The translations under genes were made by a program, and so were the position numbers. DNA of 64,000 bases from Ruditapes philippinarum (taxonomy: Eukaryota). Below the pieces are notes generated by a model. It did not search any database. It was not told the DNA's origin and worked only from the letters and a program-made list of their open reading frames with translations. The stretch is taken from positions 62,001 to 126,000 of the forward strand of contig NW_026855093.1 of the NCBI RefSeq assembly GCF_026571515.1, read 5' to 3'. This document shows, one piece after another, positions 11,211 through 23,630 of this stretch. The first letter of the stretch is position 1; every line of letters starts with the position of its first letter.

Positions 11211-13373
11211 ACAAAGTCAAAAAATGATTTCAACGAAATAAACATGATCAAACCAGAACAACGTTAATCTAAATGTTTGAGAAAACATTACAAAATAATG
11301 GTAATATAGGTTAAAGTAATATTGTTTAACTTTAAATTGTATAGTTAAAGTATTGACTTAAGTACAGACCATGTTTTCTGATTTTGGTCTTAACATTGGC
11401 ATGTGTAGCGTTAGTTATTACAAGTGCAAGTTATAAATTTAAATATATTCATTCCGGATTAGATTAAAAGTAGAGTTATTTGCTTACTTGCTGCAAACAT
11501 GTTTCAATGCAGTAATGTGATTTAATGCAGATGCGACACAGACAATGATATAATTCGTTGTTGCAAATTTGTTTCATAACCGTTTACCATCAGAAACGTA
11601 ATTACACTTTTTCGCGTGTTTTTTTTACCAAAATGTTAACTTAAACTTTATACATTATAAAGTGAATGTAAAGTACAATTAAACTTACTTTGTACTTTGA
11701 ATATATAATTGTTGTTGTTTGTGAAAATTATTCCTAAAATTATTACAAACGTTTCGTTTATGAATTTGTTTGTTTTGCATGTTCTGCCATAAAAAAAGAT
11801 AAAATTGCCCTCCGCATTTTTGGGTGAATGATTAATAAGGCGGGTAATACTCTCTTTATATTTGAATGTCCACAACAATTACGAAAATAACAAGGAGGGC
11901 ACATCCACATACATGGGCTTTGGCAAAAGGTAAGATTGGTAGCATTCTCCACGTACTTATGTTTCCGCAGCAATAGAAATGATAATAAAGAACATCATAC
12001 CAATTTCTTACATAGGTATTGTCAACAATTAAAATAATTATGAGAGTAAGACACTCCCTTTTTTAAAGTGTGCGCAACAATTCAAAAACAATAATGTAGA
12101 GTGTAATAACCCTACCTTTACTGCCTGCATCCGTTTAAACAGCAACTAGGAGGTTACCACCACCCCCCTTTACTTAAGTGTGCGCAACAATTGAAACAAT
12201 AATAGGGAAGGACACATGTTTTAGTATTTTCAAACAGTGAATGGAAATCTCTAAATAGCGTCTAAAGCACTTTCTTAATTATTGATAAATAAAATAAATA
12301 AATAAATTAATAAAAATACTGGAAGAAAAACATCTCTTACAATATGTACACATCCTTTGTTTAGGGTTGTTATTGTTTTAATATGAATTAAAACTATATT
12401 GATATGTTATACTAATTGTTCTGATAAATGGAAATAAAAATGTATCTGACTAAGAGTTAGTCATTCTGTAAAGAAAGATCAAAAAGTTCGGCTGCACGGT
12501 CCTTGACAATTTTCTTTGAATGGTGTCTATTTTCTGTGTCGGACCTATTAATATCGAAATTAAAAATAAACGAAAACTGTGTCAACAAAATACATATTTA
12601 TTTTCCGCTACTTATATAATTTTCAGAAAAAATGCTAATAGTATGAAAGTGAATAGGTTTATTATGCAAAATTTTTAATACCATCAATAATTATTTCAAT
12701 AGTATTTAATAAATCAATAACGGATTGTCTATGAAAACTTCAATGCTGTTGTTTAGAAAGAAAAATATTTCTTAATCTGTTTCGAATCGAAAAAAATTTA
12801 TAAAATCCTCATAAGAAAATGACATAACATCGTCAAAACGTGTTGTTTTTGCAATAATATTTTTCTTCAACACCACATAAACGGAAATAATTTAAAATTA
12901 TATGGAAAATAAAAATAAGATCGTTTAACTTTTTGCACCAAGCATATTTGTTGTGAACAGTAAAGCAAATTATTGTCTTTATATTAAGCGTTACTTGCGA
13001 TGGTTATTATGATAATAATGACAATACATTTTCGTAATCACTGTACCCTGTCTTGCAAGCTCATACATTATATTGCGTTCTCTGTCTTGCGATATCAAGC
13101 ACGTGCAACTTCCAATCACTGTACCTTACATATATTTTAACTCAAACCTTTCTTATGATAACAGGAAGTAGACCAGGAAACTGACTTGTGTACATACTGT
13201 GAATATAATACATATTAAAAATAAACGCCACGCAAACAGTCTTCATTTTCTTAGACGTTCACGAAGGGTATTGCGTTTATTTAAATAACTCGAATACAGT
13301 TACAAAATAAGCACCGCCTAATAAGACACTACAGTTTATTTAAGTTAGAAGAACTTAGATACAATAACAAAAG

Positions 13374-15051
13374 TGTCACAAAGAAAACAATTTCGTAAAT
13401 GCTAAGAAGTGTTTTCAGTCCTTTGATTTTTGTAGTATTCTATTTTCCTGCCAAACCACAGCACAGTTTTATACCAAATCCAACGTAAATTATTGTATCA
13501 TATTTTTGTAAAATTCAGAGTTATCGAGTGAAATTACTTATTTCAGTATTTTTATAGATTGCTTAAGTTTCTTGGTATCATTTCAAGCATTTTAACATAT
13601 TCCTCATAAAATTCGGTCAAGTAATAAGAAAGTTAGATTTTTGTGATAAGGTGCAAAATTTTTTATGTTCTACAAATTTCATATTACGGGCCTGCATATT
13701 TTGTTATACACGCGTTCTGGAATGCAAGAAAATCGTAAAAGTTATATTTCACGCTTTCCACTCAGGGTAACTATGCCTATATAATGAACGAATTTTAAAT
13801 CTTCTTTGGGGACTCGTATATAGATGTTTAAAATCACACAAGGTCATTTTGACAGACATATTTATTCTTGTTGTGTAAAATTGTTAAGCTTGTGCAAGAT
13901 AAATCTTTCTTTTCTTGTTGTTTTATTTAGTTAATTTTTGTTATTTCAGAAGATCGTAATTCAGTTAATTTGAAAGAAATTCGTTTTATAGAAGTTTTAT
14001 TTTGCATTTTGTCGGTAATTTTTCGTTCTCTAATTTTTCGTCTTCTGTAGATTTATGGCTCTAGTGTTTCAGTCATTTCTTGAATATTGGTAATCTTTTT
14101 ATTATCATTGATAGTTGTTGTTATGTATGGAAGGCCGTTAACGCATTGAGTGCACGTTATTTTATCATGCATATGTTTCATTTATATTTACTAAATAAGT
14201 TTTCATGTTCTCGTTTCACAGTAAAAGTTAATTATAATTAAGTCTGCTGCAGATGTTCTTTTTTTATATAATTCTTATTTCTTTAAGTAATTTTCATATT
14301 ACATTATCAACATTTTTTTGTACGAAATTATAGGGATTCGATTCAATGAATGATTTCGTCGATATTTATGTGGTATCCGGTCTGGCTTCATGTTTTATAT
14401 CTAAAAACGTATTTTATTTTACCTGTGTGTATAGGATCCATAAGGGACATTATATTTTAGAAGCTTTGGTTTTAGAAATCCGACAAAGGTCCGGCTATTC
14501 CGAAGGGAGATACTTATATCTTTATATTTGTGTACCATGGACATTTACCATGTTTTATATTTTGTAGCTTTCACCCTCAAATTTGAATCACGCATGTGTT
14601 CAACATAGCGAGGACAGTGGAGATTGTGACGTAGTGACGCAAGCCCACATCCGCAGTATTGGATCTACAATCTGTAGACAGTACAGAATCGATCTTTCTG
14701 CTTTGGATGGGTCACATCTGGAGATTGTGACGTAGCGACCACACATCCACAGTCTTGGATATACACTCTGTAGACAGTACAATATCGATCTCTCTTCTTT
14801 GGATGGGTCACATCTCGAGCATCATTGAATATTTGTTTTGAGATACGCCACCGGAAAAAATGCTATTCGTCAGGACATTAGAAACGTGACACGGAACTTT
14901 TTTTTTCTTTTATTCATTTCATACCAATCACTTTCACTATAAATATTCATTTATTTTGTAAATAAATGTTAAATAGTTTGTACCGAGTTGTGCTTTATTT
15001 TGTATGGTAGTTGTGGTCAGCCTGTGTTCCATCGTAGTTCATATTGTGACA
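13374..15051 (+). mobile_element. Solo LTR (1678 bp) of an LTR retrotransposon
   Basis: TGTCACA...TGTGACA termini, 5-bp TSD AAAAG (13369-13373 and 15052-15056), AATAAA near the 3' end, internal tandem duplication of about 100 bp (14618/14718). Absent from unit 1. Confidence 0.85.
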
Positions 15052-15269
15052 AAAAGGAGCACCGCTCAATAAAGTCTCTGTATGTAGAAAAATGCATAAT
15101 CCAAATATATCTATTTCGGCATAAGTCCACGACAATTTTATTATAACATGGTACCATACATTATTCTTTTAACAAATAACTCAGTAAGTATGTTGTAACA
15201 CAAACACGCTTTTATTAAGAACACAATAAAGCCATAACATGCATTTGGTATTTTATTAAGTGTTTGTAT

Positions 15270-18200
15270 TTAATCTTTCTGTATTCTGTCTGCTGCATAC
15301 TGCATTGTTTGTCTTAGGGCAAGTAATAGCGGTATGTTTGTCTGAGTTTCTATATCAAAATCAACCTCATAATTTTTGACCGGATGAATTGATGACTGCT
15401 CGATCCCGAACATTTCACTTGCTGCTTTTATGACATCCTGAACCTTAACGCTCCAAAACATTTTTGTGATATCTTTCGCTACTTCATCACACAGCTCATC
15501 GACTTTTGTCAAAATCAAGATCCGTGGGATATCTGTAAAATAAATCAGTATTTGTTTTACTTTAAGGGATTAGTGTAACTAGCTTAATAGGTTTTGGCAC
15601 ACTTACCCTTTTACCAGACAATCTATAGGCAACGATGATAGTAAGACGTGATCACATAAAATATGAAATAAAATATAATGGGGGGAGAGAGCAATTTAAT
15701 GAACGCATCCTTAATTATATTTTTGATACTTTAATAAAATAGAGAAAATTGAATCCCTAAAGAACTTTAAAGCGACAAAAAATGTTGCAGACTCGGCTTC
15801 ATTGAGCATGTTCATGGACGATAATGAAAAGTTCAAGTTACCGTCCAAACCCCATAGCACCGGCTTTAGCAGATTTCAACATTTAAGCAATAAAAATGTG
15901 AAATATTGAATTTAGAAACATTCGCGTGTCTTCCTAAACCTAAGAAAAGAAACATTAATCAAAATAGCTTTAACACTAAAATCATTTATATTCTTTTCAT
16001 TTATATTTATAACACATTTCTGTAGTTTGTTTACTCTTTGCTTTATAATTCATTCATCAACATTGCTGCATTAAGGTTTACTATTAAATAAATTCGATTT
16101 TTGTTGTTAATCAACCATTCATGAACAATTTGGTAGACTTACTTGAGAAATGTCAAATAATTTTGGCTCATGTCATATGATTTGACCTTGTTTAATTGTT
16201 TGTCTGGCGCATCTTTACTCACACGAAAATTAACAAAAATAAAACAACAACAACAAAAGTAATGGTGGACAGTGATGTCCCTACATTCAACTTATGTGTG
16301 AGTCGAAAGCAAAAGGACATAATCGGCTAATTTCACTATATAATGATAGGTAAACATGTACTTTTGTGTCAGTGTCTAATTTGTGGATTATGGATTATGT
16401 TAAAGGAACTCCACTGAGCCTAAAAACATAAAATTTGAATTTCTTTTATAGAAGTCCAAAAAAAGTGTAAAGCGTTGCTACGCTTTTATATTTTAGGACA
16501 TATTATAGCAATTAGAAAAGTTATTAAGGTAAAACGGAGTGGGCGAATAATCTGAAAAAAATTCACACAAAGTAAATGGTCTAGACCTTTATCCAATGGA
16601 GCATTTATTTTGAAAATAAAAATTCTAGTCTCGTCATGCCAAAAAGCTCAGTGCACGTGGAGACCCTATAAGGGGAATGTATGAAATGAATACGGCTTTA
16701 AAGTAGACAAAATACGTACGTTCTCGCGTTATTTTGTCTTGTAATTGTTTAATCTTCTGTACATACGCTGATGGAATCCCAGCGTGTATGGCTGTTGCAC
16801 TCATAACAAAGATAACACAATGCATTTGGTCTTGAAATGTAGGGTTGCGTCTAAAATAGGAGCTTGTCTTAGTGATTGGACTGGCAGGATTAAACTGCAA
16901 TAATATCATAATGTCTTACTAAATGACGTCCTTAATCATTGATATATTTTGTTCATAAACATATGACCACAATGTAAATGCTTCAAAATATAAAACACTA
17001 TTCATATCAAGACTTTGAAATAATAGCATATAAGAGCATGGCATTATGTTAAATGTTACAATTAGCGTTTGTTTTCTCACAGGACGGATGCTTATATTAA
17101 CAATTAGTTCAGTCATAGCGATATAAAAATTCAAGTACTAAAAAACTGTTAAAATCTTCCGCCAGTTAGTTTATATATCTCTTATCATTTCCTTATGCCC
17201 TTTAACAAAGATTTACAAGATAAAATTGCGGCACGTACAGCTTTCTAGAGCTAGAGGGTCGGATACGATAATGCTTCTTTATTTCCGTTTGCTGTCCTAA
17301 ATGTTACCAATTAAATGCAAGTGTACAAGTTTCTAGATATTTAATAATGACGGTATAAAATATAAGACTACTAACCATGTATCCATTTTTGACATGCCCT
17401 TTTATTAAGAACGTCAGGTCATCTGTATGAAAGCCGTGTCCATCACATGGCTCAATTCCCATTGAATCAAACAGGCGGTATCGTCTTAACAAACTCCCCT
17501 CGGTATACCGTCCGAGCTGTTAAGGGTAAATCATATTTAAATATATACTATCTTGAAGACTTTTAGGTGTTTACTACAAATTAATTTAATTTGTTTCACA
17601 AACAATAATGCTTTGGGACATCTATAAAGTATATAAACCCCTTACACAATTTGTCCCTTACGACACAGGTACATTTCCTCACTGCATTTACCCTATTTAT
17701 CTTTTTGTAAAAAAATTGTAATCTTTTTATACCATTTTTGTATATGAAAACAAATATATGTACAACACGTTTATTCATCTATATATTACAAACAGCCGAC
17801 CTTTAAGTATCGAACCCATAAAGTAAACACATTATCTAAATACATACTTTACATACAGTCATAAATTACACGACACATTTATGAATCATATATTTAGGTT
17901 TGTGTGTTTGATAGATTTGGTTTAACGTCACACCGACACAGAAAAGGTCATATTGCGAGGTTCAAGCTTTACTGATGGAAGAGCATTATTTCAGGCACGG
18001 ATGGGCACCTGAGTAGAACCACCGAAGTTCCATAAGCTTGCTGGATAGCTTCCACACATGAAATAATCCAAAGTCTATGTCGGAATTCGAATCCAAGTGG
18101 TTTGTAGTCAACGACCCTAACCGTTGGGCCACGGACGCCCGATATACATTCATACATTTATGCATAATTACACATGTACGTATCATTGTACATTGTAATT

Positions 18201-21200
18201 ACATATTTGTATATAGAAATGTGTTCGTTACACAATAGTTCTTACATATTTGTGAAAAACATAGGTTTTGAACACAACACGTTATACAATACACCATCCT
18301 TTGCAAATGACACGTTTATTTGTTTGTTTTGGGTTTTACGTCACATCGACACAGTATAGGTCATATCGCGACGTTCCAGCTTTACTGGTGGAGGAAGACC
18401 TCAGGTGCCCTTTCGTGCATTATTTCAGGCACGAACGGGCACCTGAGTAGAACCACCGACGTTCCGTTAGCTAGCTGGATAGCTTCCTCACATGGAAGAA
18501 TCCAAAGTCCTTGTGGGGATTCGAACCCACAGCGGTAAGGGGCAAGTGGTTTGACCACTCGGCCACGGACGCCCCCAAATGACACGTTAAACATAACACA
18601 TTTGCAAATGAAATAATATACATTTTGCATAAACATAAAACCTTACATCTAGTGTCCAGCTCGCATCCCCTGTATCACCTGTTGCTGCCAGTGCACATTT
18701 TCGTCCTTTTCCAATACTTAAAATGGAATTGATAAAACTGGATTTTCCTGCTCCCACTGGACCTAGCATCAACAGATTTGGCTTTTTCTCCGGCTGTAAT
18801 TCTCTTATTTCGGATAATATGGATTGTTCAAGCTGTGATAAAAGGAAAATAATTCCTACAATGTCACTGTTCTTTAACCAATATCTGCATGTGATCGTCA
18901 ATCAAATTTATGTATCTTTCTTGTTTATTTAGGGGAACTATGTTAAGTTATATCTTAATTTTAATTAAGTATATTCTGCAACATTTATTTACACTTCCTT
19001 GTTTACTGCATTTATTCAACAACCAACTTTCGTTTTGTAACATCAAATATTCATTTCGAAAAGTTGTGCTATATATGATATTGAAACACAAGTAATCTTA
19101 AATCAAAATCGGATCTAAATCATGTGAAAGGTATTTTTTCTATTGAAAGCGGCGAATACGTATACCGCACACCAGGCAAGCTTAAAATGACATTAAAACT
19201 ATCAAAATGTAAATGATAAGCGTGCAGGTCACGTAAAAATAACTTCAGATCTAGCCATGTAACTGGTTCCAATTTCATAGTATAATTAATAAGTTAAATG
19301 TTGATGCTCCACATCAAAGACACCGCCAAATGATTGTGAACAGTCAATCAGCATTGAAATATGTTCTTTATTACAGTTGAATATCCGAAGCACATGTTCT
19401 TTGTATGTGCTTGTTGTTTAATAATTAAGTTGCATATTTTTGTGAAAAAGTAGAAACTAATGCATAAATTTACAAAGTAATGCCATGTCTGAAATTTCTT
19501 TAATGTTTGTGTGTTGCGACAAAGATTGAAACGTATGGTCGAAGCAAAATAAATTGGATAACAATTAAAAATGAAATGATTGGTATACTTTAAATAAATT
19601 CAAGACAATATGTGCCGAGAATATGTCCATTTACATATTGGTACGAATTGCATAATGTTCGAATGATTTGAGAACGAACTGTTTTGCAGTGATCTCCCCT
19701 TACTGGTCGTAGCGTAACCGCGGCGCAGAGTTTGGCGTACTTTCTTAACGGTTATGGGAGAACCCCCTTTCTGATAGTGGGCGTGCGTGGTTTAGGCTTT
19801 TTAACTTGTAATCTAAGGATTCGACAAGTGATATTAATCAAAGATGTCCTGATTTCCTTCCGCCCCGTCAACGAAGACTAAATGCTAGCATACGGAGAAT
19901 TATATTAAATTTGGCGACAATTTAAGGCGGAGCCGAACTTCAACAGAGGCGGAGCAAATGAAGTGAATAACACTGCCTCAGTCGTTACCTCTCTCAACGG
20001 TTAAGTGTCAGAACGATCGACTATAGTCTGGCTCATTGACACGTTATTTATTATGATGAAAATGATAATAAATTAGATGATGATAAAAAGAATATGATAT
20101 TCAAACATGGCAATATCATTTCAGTTAAACGTTTATTCTAATCCCTTAAAGCTGTGTGACATGTTTTACATCAGAAAAGCTATTTTTATTAGAAAATTTG
20201 GAAACAATATAATTTTGTTAAAATATAACCAAAATACACAAATCATGTCTAAACTTTCCCGATTGCTGTATAGACAAATGCATATCTACTAGACGTGCTT
20301 GAGGCGTCTTAAAACCCATGTGACGCACAACAAATTCTTAAATATGCTGTAATGGTTTTAAATATCATAAATATGATGCTCAAATAACATTTTTATATAT
20401 TCTTCGACGTTTGGAAAATTGTTTATAAGCGTAATTATATATATATATATAAGTTCATATATATGAAGTTCACTTCAGTGTGGTATACAACCTCTACATA
20501 CAGGATCTTTAAATAACCTTCGGAATGCATAGATCCCCGACCTGTCCAATCATAATTATAACCGTTATCGTTCAATACAAAAAGAAGAGCTGGAGAGTTT
20601 TTTTCATATACCAGGCAGTAGGTTATATTTTATTCTATCTTCTATTGTTCAATGCCCGTTGTTTTGAATAAATAGCCAATTTAACATAAATCGACAACAA
20701 AAATAATGAACATTATGTCACTTTTACAAACGAACCATTCTTGTTTTATTGAATGTTTGATTTTAGATTATAGTTTGAAGTTGAATATCTTAAAGGCGTG
20801 CTCATATGAATCATACTCTCCCAATGGAAATATAGATGACAAGATTAAAAAATTCTGACCCTATAACAATTATTAATTTTTTTATTATTTAAGATATTAA
20901 CAATATTGATCTTGTAATTAACAAAACTTTATAATTTACAGAATAACCAATCAATTACGCTAGTATTATCTTTAAAACACCCCTACCTTGTAAGTGTTAT
21001 CATTTACGGGGTTACAAATCCTCTCACTTTCGAATACGGACACGACGAAAATATCTTTAAAAAAAACAACAAGAAACAAATAAGGAAAGTCAATATCCTT
21101 TTTCCGTTTTGAGCAAATTTCATTCAAATGAATTACGTTTTCTCACTAACCAGATAGAAAAATCCTTAAATGTTACTAAAAATAGCGGTGTTGGAAAATC

Positions 21201-23247
21201 TTATCTCACATGGGCTTATCTCACACTCAACGTGCAGCACTTCTAAATAATACGCGATTCACTCCTATTTTAATAAAAATGAAACGTCAAAAGGTCAAAA
21301 TGTATTAAATATTTGTGAGGTAATCTATTTAATTGTCTACGGAATCAAAACAGATTGATATTAACTTTCACACTGCAATGAGTCCTACTCAACCTAGGTC
21401 CGCCCTTTCCAATATCGATTTGTTACTAAAAATAGCACACTTTAAAATATCGAAACATTCTTCCTAAAATAATCGGATATTATGACGCTTTGCCTGAAAA
21501 ACATTCATGTTTTTTGTTATGATAACGATGTTTCTTGATGACGAATCTTATTTTGATATATTTTAATTGAATATTCGGCCAAAATAACCGAAAAAGTAGA
21601 AAAATCTTTGCAAACGGTAAACGCTTTTTTGTCAACCATTGAAGTATGGACTGAATTCCTTATAAACACTTATATTATGGCACTTTCCGTTTTTAATATC
21701 GATGTGTTTTATCATGACAACCTTGCTCTTTGATGAGGGATCTTATATGAATTTATTTTCATTAAATTTTTCTCACATAAACTTGGTCAGAAGAATTTTT
21801 TGCGGACGTACATAATGCTTTTTAATCCTAAGCCCCGCCCCCTTTTCAAAAATAGGTACGTTGTAATGCGCGTAGCAAGTAGATTCACTGATATTTGTGT
21901 GTCCAAATGAGTGAGAAAAATAATCAACCATTGGGTTAGCTAGAGCATAGGGAAATTCCAACCCTCGGGCAATCGGTTCCATCGGGAACTCGCCAAGGCT
22001 CGTTCCCGGTGGAACCGATCACCCTCGGGTTCGGATTTCCCTATCCTCTATCAAACCCAATGATAGATTCTATTAATCCCCACTGCTTATAAAGTTAATT
22101 CCGTCTTATTTTTCCAACTGAATGTAATCGGCTGAACCAGTAGTAGCACATAACAAAATATGTTAATAGAAATCGGTAAACGACCAGGAAAGAGTATTCT
22201 ATGAAGAAAGTTATGCCCATTATTTTAAGATATTCTTTCATAATCACAAGTATATTTGCAAAATAAACAAACAAACCAAACAAAAATTAATAAAATTCAA
22301 TAAAATTAAATGAATAAATAAATAAAAAAAAAACAAAAAAACTTTCAGTTTTCTTTGATTTAAATTTAGCGAATAGTGATGTATGAAAGACGATGAAAAT
22401 CCAATGACATCATCTCAGAGTACTTTGTATTCAGGTGGAATGACAAACATATGAATGGAAGATACCTCGGCGCTCCAGTCTGAAGGTTGCCGCCATGGGC
22501 CAGTAGCACTGAGCCTTTGGGCCCGATAAATTTCTCTAAATATATGATGTCCTGATAAATTTCCTAGAAAAGATTCAATCTCGACTGCTGGCTGTCGTAC
22601 CTTGAAAGCATCTAAAACTTTTATCAAAGAAAAGTGTCAATACAAAAGGAGCCATAGAGGAATGTTTCACTAAAATATTATTACAAAATTTAATATAGGA
22701 CTATGAGCATACATTTAGATTTATTAATTTCTTAATATTCATTTACTAAATCGTATTTTGAATAAGATACCCTTTAAAGGTTTATAATTTACTGTTCATT
22801 ATCCAGTGTCCAAATGTAGAGTATTGTGCTATAATATAATTACATCTTGAGCGTAGTGCAAATATAATTAATAATTTATTAATTAATACTACCGCAAACT
22901 ATTACTATTCCTTAGTCTAACTTTACAGAACAAACTTGCACATGAACACTTCTTATACATGGTACAATATATTTTTTCAATAAAAAATATTCTATTTCCA
23001 TAATGCGTATTAAAATGATTAAAATAAAGAAATAGATCCGAACTATGTACATGTGTCTTCATATATCGTTATCAGAACAATTATAATTTTTGTAAAATAA
23101 TACAATCATGTAAGAAAGACACCACAATAAAACATATTGTTTATTAATTTTTAAACGACTATTGTATATGGAATTTAGTAAGTATTTCAACATAATTAAC
23201 TTAATGAGAAAGAGAAACTGTGCTTTACCTGACTGTTCTTGTCCCAT
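15270..23247 (-). CDS. IFI44L: IFI44/IFI44L-like P-loop GTPase, copy B, intact, 309 aa, N-terminal MGQEQS
   Basis: Exons 23247-23229, 22611-22466, 18832-18647, 17516-17376, 16894-16720, 15532-15270 (930 nt, open frame, GT-AG). Motifs GPVGAGKS, DSMG, MHCVIFV, LTKVD, PVKNYE. Confidence 0.93.
15750..15925. mobile_element. Family X repeat copy (paralogue of 3935-4215, internally deleted)
   Basis: Same gactcgg...gagc / ggacg...ttaccgtcc core. Confidence 0.7.
17898..18141 (-). mobile_element. tRNA-derived SINE (older copy)
   Basis: Paralogue of 6335-6575. Confidence 0.85.
18317..18576 (-). mobile_element. tRNA-derived SINE, young insertion with TSD
   Basis: A-box TGGCCGAGTGG, B-box GGTTCGAATCC, central hairpin CTCAGGTGCCC...GGGCACCTGAG and AAAC tail. 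12-bp TSD AAATGACACGTT at 18305-18316 and 18577-18588. Empty site in unit 1 at about 7934. Confidence 0.93.
19293..20312. mobile_element. Insertion of about 1 kb private to unit 2, bounded by TTAA at both ends (unclassified DNA element)
   Basis: Interrupts 'tataattaataa|cccatg', which is uninterrupted at about 8673 in unit 1. Ends ttaaatgttgatgctccac...gaggcgtcttaa show only imperfect inverted similarity. Confidence 0.55.
21148..22075. mobile_element. Insertion of about 0.93 kb private to unit 2 with a long subterminal palindrome (Crypton-like non-autonomous element)
   Basis: Absent at about 9640 in unit 1. Imperfect hairpin of 134 bp at 21929-22062. No TIRs. Confidence 0.65.
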
Positions 23248-23537
23248 TGTTTTCTAAATAAAGGTACCGTTCGCTGTTTGTCACTCGTAAAATTTACAAG
23301 GAATTAAAGAAACTAAACTTTACCTGCTAAATGTGTGTCGGCAAATTAAGAATTACTTTTTAAGCATTTTTATTCTCATTATTTATGCAAGTAATGTCGT
23401 AAAATAAAAACGCCAAGTTTATCGTTAATTAATAATCAGCCAGGAAAATTTCTAAACGGATTACATAATTCAAGAAGCGCATTATATGTATTGAAACAAC
23501 TAATATAATCAATCCAGACCAAATACCGATGATGTAC

Positions 23538-23630
23538 GAAACTAAAAGTAGAAGACGAAACCAATAAAGTCCGGGATATTCTGAAATTTGCGTTTTTTCT
23601 ATTCCTGGAAGAAGAAATTGAAAGTAAAAC
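23538..23630. promoter_or_regulatory. ISRE/GAS/kB-like motif cluster upstream of IFI44-like copy B
   Basis: GAAACTAAAAGT (23538), GGGATATTC (23573), TTCCTGGAA (23602-23610) and GAAATTGAAAGTAAAAC (23614). Confidence 0.6.

Larger units (their letters stand above)
1258..11349. repeat. Tandem segmental duplication, unit 1 (contains IFI44-like copy A)
   Basis: Colinear with 11348-23786 across exons, introns and flanks. Starts 'aagtattgacttaagtacagac' (1258, repeated at 11348) and ends 'tttaaattgtatagttaaa' (11349, repeated at 23786). Confidence 0.95.

Noticed and set aside
18320-18636. tRNA-like sequence and several ORFs
   Set aside because: This is the SINE head and body. There is no complete cloverleaf and the ORFs are incidental.
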